Shown: piece by piece, positions 6,966 through 15,101 of the stretch
How the letters are laid out: every line of letters starts with the position of its first letter
How positions within the stretch are numbered: the first letter of the stretch is position 1
Assembly (NCBI GenBank): GCA_045105515.1
Contig: JBGCDR010000169.1
Location: 1-18,442, forward strand
Source: Oligoflexales bacterium
GTDB lineage: Bacteria; Bdellovibrionota_B; Oligoflexia; Oligoflexales; Bog-1112
Reading direction: 5' to 3'
DNA length: 18,442 nucleotides
The notes under the pieces: model-generated
The model's database searches: none
The model's input: only the letters and a program-made list of their open reading frames with translations
What the model was told of the DNA's origin: nothing
Program-made: the position numbers and the translations under genes

Positions 6966-8003
6966 ATGCCATATTATCATATCAAAAAAATTTTTTTGAT
7001 CTTATATATTCTGTTCTTAAGTCATACAAACACATTTGCAGCAAAAATCGAAAAAATTGAATTTCAGAGCAAGATATTTCAAGAGATTATTTATTCAAAG
7101 AACCAGTCTGGAAATACAACACAGCTGCAATTGAAGGCACTAAGTCTTCAATCTCGTCTGAAAATAGACCCACATCTTTGCTGGGAAGTGTATTTTGATC
7201 TGTCAAATAAGAAAACATCCAGTACCAAAAGTCATTCTAATAATATTTTAGTATTTGGTACATCTTCCTATGAGGTTGAAAAATTTAAGCTTGAATTCGG
7301 CAAGGATATTCTGCAACAAGGAGGTAATTTGAGGCATGAATATCAATATTTCTTATTCTTTGAAAACGAATACAATCAAAATGATCTTCCATTTCCAATA
7401 AGTCAGTCGGCCATTTCGGTCTTGTTTGGTAATTTCAGGTTGCAAGTTACTGAAGATGTTTCTGTTGGAGATGATAGGAGGGGTGAATTCAACCATGATC
7501 AATTACAACCAGCATTTTTGGCACAGTTAGAATTTGAATTATGGCCAGAATATTTTAGATTTCTCAATCAGTTTGGATCTTACGATATCAACCATTCTAG
7601 ATTCTTAAATATCGTTTTGAAGGCCTCTTTTGATAACTTGTACATTAGATCAAACACATCACTTGATCAACGTATGATTCGTATAGGATATGAAAAAACT
7701 ATCCGAGAATATATATCTTCAGATATTGGGGTAATATATAATTTTGGCAACACCGAGGCCTTTGGCTATCTATCAAAGTATTCCATTTATCAAAAGTTAA
7801 ACCCGATTAACTATGAATCCATGAAAACTCTTTTAGGTATTGGAAAGTATTTTGTTTCTGATATCTTTTCAGTCTTCGTATCATGAGAAAAAAATAGCAT
7901 TACGAGCGACGTAGATAATATCGACCTAACTCTAAATAGAATGCTGATGAAAAGGATGGGTGAAGGGCAGTATTTTAAGCTAAGTTTTCAAACAAGATTT
8001 TAG
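6966..8003 (+). pseudogene. Porin-like outer-membrane beta-barrel with in-frame TGA at 7884-7886
   Basis: Signal peptide (TFA/AK) and amphipathic strands. The frame continues 38 codons past the TGA and ends QYFKLSFQTRF*, a terminal-Phe beta-signal. Confidence 0.65.
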
Positions 8004-8127
8004 ATTGTCTCAAGGAACATCTGGGGTTGGAGTACATCCTACATAATGCCCTCAAAAGACTTGCTTAAGTAATGACGGGCGGGCAACGCAAATCAAACGC
8101 AAACGAACACATACTAATTAGCTTTAA

Positions 8128-8415
8128 CTAGCTCTTTATCTTAAGTGCTTCAGCAATTGCCGCCGGGATCGGATTACTCAACTCCCTAATCTGATGATCC
8201 ACATACCTTCCAAGCGCAGACCAAGTGGAATGCCCCCCATGAGTCTTAGCAGAATCAACCCCACAAAGTATAGTCGCAAGAGTTATTGCTGTTTACCTGC
8301 ATTTGTGAGTTGCTAAATATTTTTCATTAAAATACCCGCTTTTCTTATAAACTGGTCTTACTTGACTCAATGATGGGATCTTCCTGCTTAAATCAGCAAA
8401 TGAAGGAAAAATGGA
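8128..8415 (-). pseudogene. Tyrosine recombinase/integrase C-terminal catalytic fragment
   Basis: Manual translation gives SIFPSFADLSRKIPSLSQVRPVYKKSGYFNEKYLATHKCR*TAITLATILCGVDSAKTHGGHSTWSALGRYVDHQIRELSNPIPAAIAEALKIKS*. It has HxxR, GH and the catalytic Y (8205-8203), with an internal TAA at 8295-8293. Confidence 0.8.
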
Positions 8416-8774
8416 ACATCTGTAGAAAAGTCTTGGCCAGGTAATAAATAGAATCAGAAAAGAGCAAAAACTGACTCAAGAACAGCTTGGCCAAATGACG
8501 GGAACCTCAACGATGACTGTGAAGCGTTTGGAAAGTGCAACAGCCAGTACAGGGCTTGAAAAGCTAATTGCCATTACTGATGTACTAGGTGTTTCTCTCG
8601 CAGACCTTTTTCGAGAATTAGAATTTGGCAACGAAAATCTTCTTGCGAAAGTGGATCCGAAAATAGCTGGGGAGCCTAATAAATTAAACAAGCTGGCCCC
8701 TACAGAGAAAGAATGGTTTTCCGATATAATTGGAGAAAATTCTCGAGAATCCTTGGGTAGTTAATCGAGATTGA
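8411..8774 (+). pseudogene. XRE-family HTH regulator, degraded paralogue of 487-870
   Basis: MEHL*KSLGQVINRIRKEQKLTQEQLGQMTGTSTMTVKRLE. TAG at 8423-8425; an extra G near 8732 shifts the DIIEKILENPWVVNRD* tail. Confidence 0.85.
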
Positions 8775-8781
8775 TTTGAAA

Positions 8782-8865
8782 CTTTTGTCAGTTTTGTCAG
8801 GTTCAAAAAACACCTCTAGTTTAGTTTCTCGATAGGATTTTTTTACCTGACAAAACTGACAAAAG
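8782..8865. repeat. Perfect 21-bp inverted repeat built of TTTTGTCAG units
   Basis: CTTTTGTCAGTTTTGTCAGGT (8782-8802) / ACCTGACAAAACTGACAAAAG (8845-8865). Confidence 0.9.
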
Positions 8866-8903
8866 ATTTTAGTAGAGGAGGAAAAAATCTAGCGAAAACG
8901 TAC

Positions 8904-9289
8904 TCAAGAATCTGATTTGGGACTATCCTTCTTGCCAGTTTTAAATGTAATTGGGTATTTCACATCAATATTTTCTTCAGAATTAATTTCCGGAAACAAA
9001 AACGCTTGCTTAGTTTTGACGATGCAAGCGTTCATCTTTGACTCATTGATTTTAGTTTGGTTGTTTTCGACCTTTACAACTTTTCCTTTTGGGCTGACAG
9101 TCATTTGAAAATGCATAGTTCCCTTGAGATTTTGGCTGTATTTCACCAAGTCATAACATGGCTTTATTTGATGTATTTGTTTCCTTATTAGTTCAAGAAT
9201 ATCCTTTTTTGAGTGTTCAGCAACTAGATTGTTAAAGATTTCTTTGAGATTATATAGCACCAGCTCCCCATTTGGTATCACATTGACAT
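8904..9289 (-). pseudogene. Deleted copy of the AgmX/PglI-like lipoprotein (second domain only)
   Basis: Highly similar to the C-terminal ~120 aa of 1575-2705. The original ATG (9289-9287) is joined out of frame to the last domain; an in-frame GTG at 9281 remains. Confidence 0.8.
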
Positions 9290-9371
9290 AAATGCACCAT
9301 TATATATTTCAATTTCTTTTTTATTATCGGCAAACTATTGCGACTTATTAGTACTACGAACGGTCAATTCA

Positions 9372-9440
9372 GATCTTTTGGCACTTTTGGCACCTCTTAT
9401 ATTTAGCTCAAGACCCTCGTGAATGGAAAGGTGCCAAAAG
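9372..9440. repeat. Inverted array of CTTTTGGCA units (2 left, 1 right)
   Basis: GATCTTTTGGCACTTTTGGCACCT (9372-9395) ... AGGTGCCAAAAG (9429-9440). Confidence 0.85.
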
Positions 9441-9730
9441 GTTAATTTGCATGTGTGATGAGGACTTGTCCTTATATATTCGGAGATTTTTTAACGTTGG
9501 GGTGTCCACCTAATAAAATATGGACATGAAACAAAGCATAAAAGTAATACAGTTAGAATTTATGAGATATAAATAATGTAGCAATATTAATAGATTGAGA
9601 TTTATCTCTGAAACTATCAATAGTAGGCGGGTAGTAGCTGAGGTTGTAACTAAGTAGTAACTAGGGGGTGATCTTAAAAAATAGTGGGTGGGGATTTGCC
9701 AGTAATCCCAAATTTGTCAAATCTCACTTT

Positions 9731-9925
9731 ATGGAAAAGCAATTTTTTTTCTATATTTTAACAAAAAAGGTATCTTAGTTGATGTTGTAGCTTTACAAAA
9801 AAATATAACCATAAGTTCATTTACTATGAAAGTACTCGAATATTTGATGCAATTACAAGAGAAAAGCTGATATTGAAATGGGTTAGAAAGAAGAAAATCT
9901 TTCTGATTGTGATGATCAAGCCAAT
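9731..9925 (+). pseudogene. Degraded GIY-YIG nuclease, copy of 3297-3584
   Basis: ATGGAAAAGCAATTTTTTTTCTATATTTTAACAAA matches the intact gene start. Later pieces translate SFTKKYN, HKFIYYE and DAITREKLILKWVRKKKIFLI; the YTG motif region is deleted. Confidence 0.8.
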
Positions 9926-10066
9926 GGACAGATCTGTCCATTTGGTCTTTAAAATCTGCTCAGAACTGATACCTGATCTGAGATTGATAAACCACGATAG
10001 TTTCACTAAAATAGTGTTAAACGAACAATGAAATTGCGATTTATAGCCTTGTATGAGGACCGCTAA

Positions 10067-10273
10067 ATGCCAATGTACCTTTATAAAGATAAGAACACAG
10101 ACAGGATCATAGAAGTACTGAGAAGTTTTGAAAAATATGAAACACCTCCCTCAAGAGAGGAGGCTGCAGAACTGTCAGACGAACAGTATCAGAATGCTAA
10201 ATGGGAAAGAATTCTCTCAAAATTCATGATGGCAAGGGCCCAAAATTGGGGAGGAAGAAAGGGTCAATGGTAG
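10067..10273 (+). CDS. Small FmdB-like (MPxYxY) protein lacking the zinc cysteines
   Basis: GAGGA RBS; MPMYLYKD.....IEVLRSF...ERILS follows the FmdB zinc-ribbon pattern but has no CxxC. Confidence 0.7.
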   Translation: MPMYLYKDKNTDRIIEVLRSFEKYETPPSREEAAELSDEQYQNAKWERILSKFMMARAQNWGGRKGQW

Positions 10274-10315
10274 GATGATTAAAAAATTAGAACAATTCTA
10301 AAATAGAGAATTTTT

Positions 10316-10858
10316 TTACCAAAAATCCTTTCCTTTCCATATTTCAATGCATTGTGCACCCTTTTCAGCAATGGAAAAAAAATGATTTAGTTCTTTTGGA
10401 ATAAAGAAAAAATCTCCTGCTTTATAAAAAGTGGAATTACCACATTCCAAACCCATTGAAATGGAACCTTTAATTAAAAGGATAAGCAGATCAACAGGGT
10501 GCTCATGATTATCTATATGGGAATTTTTTTTAAACTCTGCGTAGTTAGTCTCATATCTGTCAAAATCAATACTAGATTCAGAGTAGTTCGATATTTTACC
10601 TCGATACTCGAGGAGTTCTGTAAAAGCGTATTCACTTCCTACAAATTGGAGCTGGAAAAAGGTGCCATTAGGGGCAAAAGCTTTAAGAATAATGTGATGT
10701 TCAGGTAATTTTTTAGAACAAGTTAGGAAGCTCAATTTGAATCCTGAAGCTCTCGTTAGAGGAAAAATTTTCATAATGTCTTCATCAATTGATTTAATTT
10801 TACTTTTTATTGTTGAAAAAAAGTCTGACATTTTACTAGTCTCCATGAAGGGTGACAA
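10316..10858 (-). CDS. Cupin-domain protein; start uncertain, possibly the remnant of an HTH-cupin regulator
   Basis: C-terminal DNHEHP...LIKGSI...YKAGDFFFIPKELNHFF cupin motifs. Confidence 0.7.
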   Translation of the reverse strand: MSPFMETSKMSDFFSTIKSKIKSIDEDIMKIFPLTRASGFKLSFLTCSKKLPEHHIILKAFAPNGTFFQLQFVGSEYAFTELLEYRGKISNYSESSIDFDRYETNYAEFKKNSHIDNHEHPVDLLILLIKGSISMGLECGNSTFYKAGDFFFIPKELNHFFSIAEKGAQCIEIWKGKDFW

Positions 10859-11075
10859 TTCAATCCAGGCAGAATTGCGGCTACCATTTTCAATATGGTT
10901 TTCGAAATGGTAATCAAAATAGATTATCCAAGTTGATTAGCAAATTGTACCTTAGATAAAAAATATAAAATGAAGCCAATATTGCAAAATAAGTCTGCTT
11001 TTCTGTTCTGACCTAAAGTAGATAAATTATGGTCCGACCTAAGATTTGTCGGTGTGTTGTAAAAGATTGGTAGGT

Positions 11076-11999
11076 ATGCGTACACAAATAGCTGATAAAG
11101 AACTGTTGCAAGAATTTATGGACGAAGGGACAGAAATCCTTACTGAATGGGAACATTCAAGTATTGAACTGGAAGATGAAGGCATGCAAGCTAAGGTTCT
11201 AGTAAACCTCTCGCGTTCAGCACATAACCTCAAAGGGGTCTCGAAGAGCATTGGTTTGGTTGATTTTTCTGACTTCGTTCATAAAGTAGAGGACTTTATC
11301 GTTCTCATACAGGAACAAGGTAATATTCGAGTTGAGCATGCTATTCGTATCCTACTTGATAGCAAAGATATAATGGTTGCTTGGTTGCAGAAAGTTGTTG
11401 ATGATGTTCAATTTGTTCCAAGCCAGAGCTGTACTGATATAGATTCCTTAATCAAACAATACATTGAAAAGAATCCTTTCAAGAAAGAAGGAGATCTATT
11501 AGCAAAATGCCTAGATGAAGATTCAAAGCTTGAGCCTGCGGAAGAAATAGTAGTTAAGATTGAAAAATCAGAAGCTACAGAAAGTAGGATCGAAACCACT
11601 CCAGTGGTTTCCAAGTATGTAGGTAGTCTTTTACTTGAGGAAGGCCTCCTATCTAAAGACAAGCTATTAGAGTGTTTAGTCGAAAAATTGGATTCTATTC
11701 CTCGTCTTTCAAGTATTGTCTATGAAAAAAAACTGTTTGATGTAGAACAACAATTAGAAATTTTTAAATTCCTAACTGAAAACTCTACAAGTTATCTTAC
11801 TGCCTGTAAATCGCTTAATTTATGGAATAAAAATATAGAAAATGAGATTAAAAGGGTTGTTGAAGAAAGGCATAGAACTTTGTCTGAGCTCATGATCTCG
11901 AAAGAGTATATCAGTTGGGAACAATTAATTGATACATTTGATCGCTTCTTAAATAAAGAGAATAGTAGTAGTTCGGCCGAGAATAGTAAAACTGCATAA
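11076..11999 (+). CDS. Hpt (CheA P1-like) domain protein with C-terminal MshEN-like helical repeats
   Basis: ELLQEFMDEG.EIL..E...LSRSAHNLKGVSKSIG...FVHKVED is an Hpt domain. YVGSLLLEEGLLSKDKLLECL and TLSELMISKEYISWEQL resemble RLGxxLxxxGLIxxEQL. No HATPase or CheW domain. Confidence 0.8.
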   Translation: MRTQIADKELLQEFMDEGTEILTEWEHSSIELEDEGMQAKVLVNLSRSAHNLKGVSKSIGLVDFSDFVHKVEDFIVLIQEQGNIRVEHAIRILLDSKDIMVAWLQKVVDDVQFVPSQSCTDIDSLIKQYIEKNPFKKEGDLLAKCLDEDSKLEPAEEIVVKIEKSEATESRIETTPVVSKYVGSLLLEEGLLSKDKLLECLVEKLDSIPRLSSIVYEKKLFDVEQQLEIFKFLTENSTSYLTACKSLNLWNKNIENEIKRVVEERHRTLSELMISKEYISWEQLIDTFDRFLNKENSSSSAENSKTA

Positions 12000-12102
12000 A
12001 ATTCTGCTCCCTTATCATCTATTTATAATTATTAAATTACCTATCTAAGACAGTAAAGGCATTTTCTGGCAACAGCTTGAAAATTAAGTTGCCTCAAAAA
12101 GA

Positions 12103-13971
12103 CTAGTTAGTAAATAGCATTGAAGAAATATGAAAGGTGGCAAATGCTCCTAGATAAGCAAGTGCGAGCATATATAAAAACATGATAACAGACCACTTAA
12201 TGCTATTGGTTTCTCTGCGGGCAACTGCAAAAGTAGCAAGGCACTGAGGGGCAAAAACATACCAAACTAGAAGTGCAAGGCCGGTAGAAACTGGCCAGAC
12301 ATTCTTAATACGGTTTTGTAAGAGTGATTGGCCGGATTCTTCAGCATCTTCAACCGCAAATACTGTGCCTAAGGCTCCAATCATCACCTCTCTTGCGGCA
12401 AAACCTGGAATTAATCCGGTTGCAATTCTCCAGTCAAAACCAACAGGTTTTACGAGTGGTTCAATGGCTTGGCCAATTTGCCCAGCAAAGCTGTAGTGGA
12501 TGGCGGACTTTTCCATATTTTCCGGAGGTTTTGGAAAGCTTGATAAAACCCAAAGCACAACTGAGATCATTAAAATAAGGGTACCTGCTTTTTTGAGGAA
12601 GGCTTTTGCTCTTTGGAATAGGCACATAAAAATATAGTTGAAATGCGGCATTTTATATGTAGGTAAGTCCATCAAAAAAGTTGCCTTTGGGCCGGGTAAT
12701 GCAAAAGTTTTGATGGTGAACGCTACAAGCATTGCTGAGATAACTGCAAAAATAAATAGGCTAAACATCACCATTCCTTGAAGGTTGAAAAAACCTAGAA
12801 CTGTTATGTCGGGAATAAATGCGCCTATAAGCAATGTGTAGACTGGTAGTCTAGCAGAGCAGGTCATCAAAGGAGCGACCATAATCGTCAGCAGGCGGTC
12901 CCTTGGATTGCTAATCGTGCGGGTAGCCATAATGCCTGGAATAGCACAAGCAAAGGATGATAGTAGTGGAACAAATGAGCGCCCTTCAAGCCCTAACATG
13001 CCCATGACTCTATCCATGATAAAGGCGGCACGGGGCATATATCCTGAGCTTTCCAGTATTAAAATGAAAAAGAACAAAATTAAAATTTGGGGTAAAAAGA
13101 CTAAGACCGAACCAACTCCTGCAATCAAGCCATCACAGACAAAGCTTTGCAAAAGTCCAGGCCCAAGGAGTAAGCTAATGTAGGCAGCGAGCCATGATAT
13201 GGAGAATTCCACAAGTTCCATTGGTTTTTCAGCCCAGGAAAACACAGCTTGAAACATGGTAAATAATATGGCTAGTAAGGTTATTCCACCAAATAATGGG
13301 TGTAACAAAACTCTGTCTAGTGCATGAGTAACTTTATCTGCCTGAGATGGAATTCTTACGACCCTACTTAATATTTCATCGACTCTTTTTTGGGTGTTTA
13401 TCAGGTCGTTAACTGAAAGGCTCCAATCTCGAGCTGGAAGTTCTTTAAGATCCGCCTTTTGGATTTGATCTAGGGTTCTATCAAGCCTTGCAAGTAGGCC
13501 TCTAAGTCCGTCACGTCTAACTGCAATGGTTGGCACGACAGGAACACCAAGCTCTTTTTCTAGGGCTTTGATATCCATCTTCAAACCCTTGGATTTTGCT
13601 AGGTCGTACATGTTTAGTGCTACGATAAAAGGGAAGCCTTGTTCTTTGAGAGATAAAGCTAAATTCATAGTGCGAGACAAATTGGTGGCATCAATTACCA
13701 CTAAGATAACATCAGGCTTATCTAAGCACTCACTGTTGCCTTTAAGAAAATCTTCCACTATTTGTTCGTCTGGGCTTTGAGGGGCCAGGCTATAGGTGCC
13801 GGGAAGGTCTATTAAATCTATTTCTTTGCCTGAAGGGGTTTTAAGGTAGCCGAGTTTCTTCTCGACAGTTACACCTGGATAATTACCAATTTTTTGTCTA
13901 GTACCTGTGAGGGCGTTAAATAGTGAAGACTTTCCTGTATTAGGTGCTCCAACAAGTGCTATCACACTCAT
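12103..13971 (-). CDS. feoB: Ferrous iron transport protein B
   Basis: GAPNTGKSS, GNYPGVTVEK, DLPG, NMYD GTPase motifs; membrane gate motifs SSFACAIPGIMATR and PLMTCSARLPVY. Confidence 0.98.
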   Translation of the reverse strand: MSVIALVGAPNTGKSSLFNALTGTRQKIGNYPGVTVEKKLGYLKTPSGKEIDLIDLPGTYSLAPQSPDEQIVEDFLKGNSECLDKPDVILVVIDATNLSRTMNLALSLKEQGFPFIVALNMYDLAKSKGLKMDIKALEKELGVPVVPTIAVRRDGLRGLLARLDRTLDQIQKADLKELPARDWSLSVNDLINTQKRVDEILSRVVRIPSQADKVTHALDRVLLHPLFGGITLLAILFTMFQAVFSWAEKPMELVEFSISWLAAYISLLLGPGLLQSFVCDGLIAGVGSVLVFLPQILILFFFILILESSGYMPRAAFIMDRVMGMLGLEGRSFVPLLSSFACAIPGIMATRTISNPRDRLLTIMVAPLMTCSARLPVYTLLIGAFIPDITVLGFFNLQGMVMFSLFIFAVISAMLVAFTIKTFALPGPKATFLMDLPTYKMPHFNYIFMCLFQRAKAFLKKAGTLILMISVVLWVLSSFPKPPENMEKSAIHYSFAGQIGQAIEPLVKPVGFDWRIATGLIPGFAAREVMIGALGTVFAVEDAEESGQSLLQNRIKNVWPVSTGLALLVWYVFAPQCLATFAVARRETNSIKWSVIMFLYMLALAYLGAFATFHISSMLFTN

Positions 13972-14216
13972 GGGTACTTCCTTTCAACCTCGATTAGTTG
14001 CGATTCCTCTAAACCAATTCCTATTAATGAGCCCCGGCAGCTTATGGCGAGCGGGTTTTTACCAAATGGCCCTACGTGTTTGATCGTTACTTCACATCCA
14101 GGGCAAAGGCCCATTGCAACAATCGCCTGCAGCAAGCTCTTTTGATGCTTAGTCTCTTGGCTCAGAAACCCGACTATTTTAGCAGGGCAGTCTATTGGTA
14201 GTTCGCTTAGCTTCAA
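13968..14216 (-). CDS. feoA: Ferrous iron transport protein A
   Basis: MKLSEL...AMGLCPG.EV...GPFGKNP...RGS.IGI; 4-bp overlap with feoB; GGAGG RBS. Confidence 0.92.
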   Translation of the reverse strand: MKLSELPIDCPAKIVGFLSQETKHQKSLLQAIVAMGLCPGCEVTIKHVGPFGKNPLAISCRGSLIGIGLEESQLIEVERKYP

Positions 14217-14280
14217 TGTTGCAGCCTCCAGGCAGTGAAGATAGTCTCATGCTGAAAAACATGACCTATTAAAGTCTAAT

Positions 14281-14295
14281 TGACAACAATTATCA
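14281..14295. promoter_or_regulatory. Putative Fur box upstream of feoAB
   Basis: TGACAAC-A-ATTATCA, 12/14 match to the 7-1-7 consensus TGATAAT-N-ATTATCA. Confidence 0.65.
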
Positions 14296-14635
14296 AAAAA
14301 AGCTCCTAAACCCAATGTGAGTTTGTGCAAAAAAATTTATGGCTGCATTTAGGGCAAGCTTCAAAATACTGAAAGTCCTCGATAAAACACAATATATTTA
14401 GATGTATATGTTAAAAAAGATTGGTTTAACCTCCCAGTAAAACCTTTTGCTTGTTTCAAGTTTCCTTCGCCGCGTAATGATTTCAAGAGCTTGGTTTGAG
14501 TAGCGTTTCAAAGTTGCTTAGGTTTTATAGATGAGTACTCAGGACAAATTTGATTAAGGTTGCTGATCTACATAAGCTAGAAGCTGGAGTATAATCGACT
14601 GCAAGATCAACTATATGGAAGAAAGACCTTTTTGT

Positions 14636-14975
14636 ATGTACTTAGCAAAAGGGAAAGTGTTTGTTGCTGCGGTACTGATTAGTTTTGTTTCCTTGCTCTC
14701 AAGAAAAAAGACGTCTCTTGCAGGGTTCTTAACTGCTTTGCCACTGACGAGTATGCTTACATTGATCTTCTCTTATTTGGAATGGTCTAATGTTCGTTTA
14801 TTCGTATCATATGCTAAAAAGTATTTTTGTTGCTGTTCCTGTATCCTTACTAATTTTCGTTCCTTTTGTACTTGCTCAAAAGTTTAACCTTGGATTTTGG
14901 ACAAGTTACTTTCTTGGATCTCTTCTTCTAATTTTGGGGTTCTTCATTCATCATTTTTTGAGCAAGTTAATTTAA
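14636..14975 (+). pseudogene. DUF3147-like membrane protein with +1 frameshift in the A5 run at 14816-14820
   Basis: KVFVAAVLISFVSLLSRK.T.LAGFLTALPLTSML; removing one A joins YAK to SIFVAVPVSLLIF... Confidence 0.7.
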
Positions 14976-15101
14976 TCTCTAAAAAGTTATTAACTTTAAA
15001 ACTATGCTTTGCTAAATGGATTGTTGCTTGACATCTAAATCAGTCGATGTCATTTCAAAATCTGCTATGAGAGATATTCCAAGAATTATTTGGGAGGGCT
15101 T

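Larger units (their letters stand above)
8654..9925 (+). repeat. Copy B of the duplicated block, with internal deletions
   Basis: Colinear with 1320-3560; lacks about 1948-2700 and most of about 3125-3275. Confidence 0.9.

Noticed and set aside
7884..8425. Stop-codon reassignment or selenocysteine explaining in-frame stops
   Set aside because: The internal stops are TGA, TAA and TAG in different genes, and all three also end intact genes; decay is the simpler explanation
879..9440. Hairpins as classical integron attC sites
   Set aside because: No RYYYAAC/GTTRRRY ends seen, and the integrase fragment shows no evident IntI-specific insertion
11076..11999. cheA
   Set aside because: Only the Hpt domain is present; no dimerisation, HATPase or CheW domains
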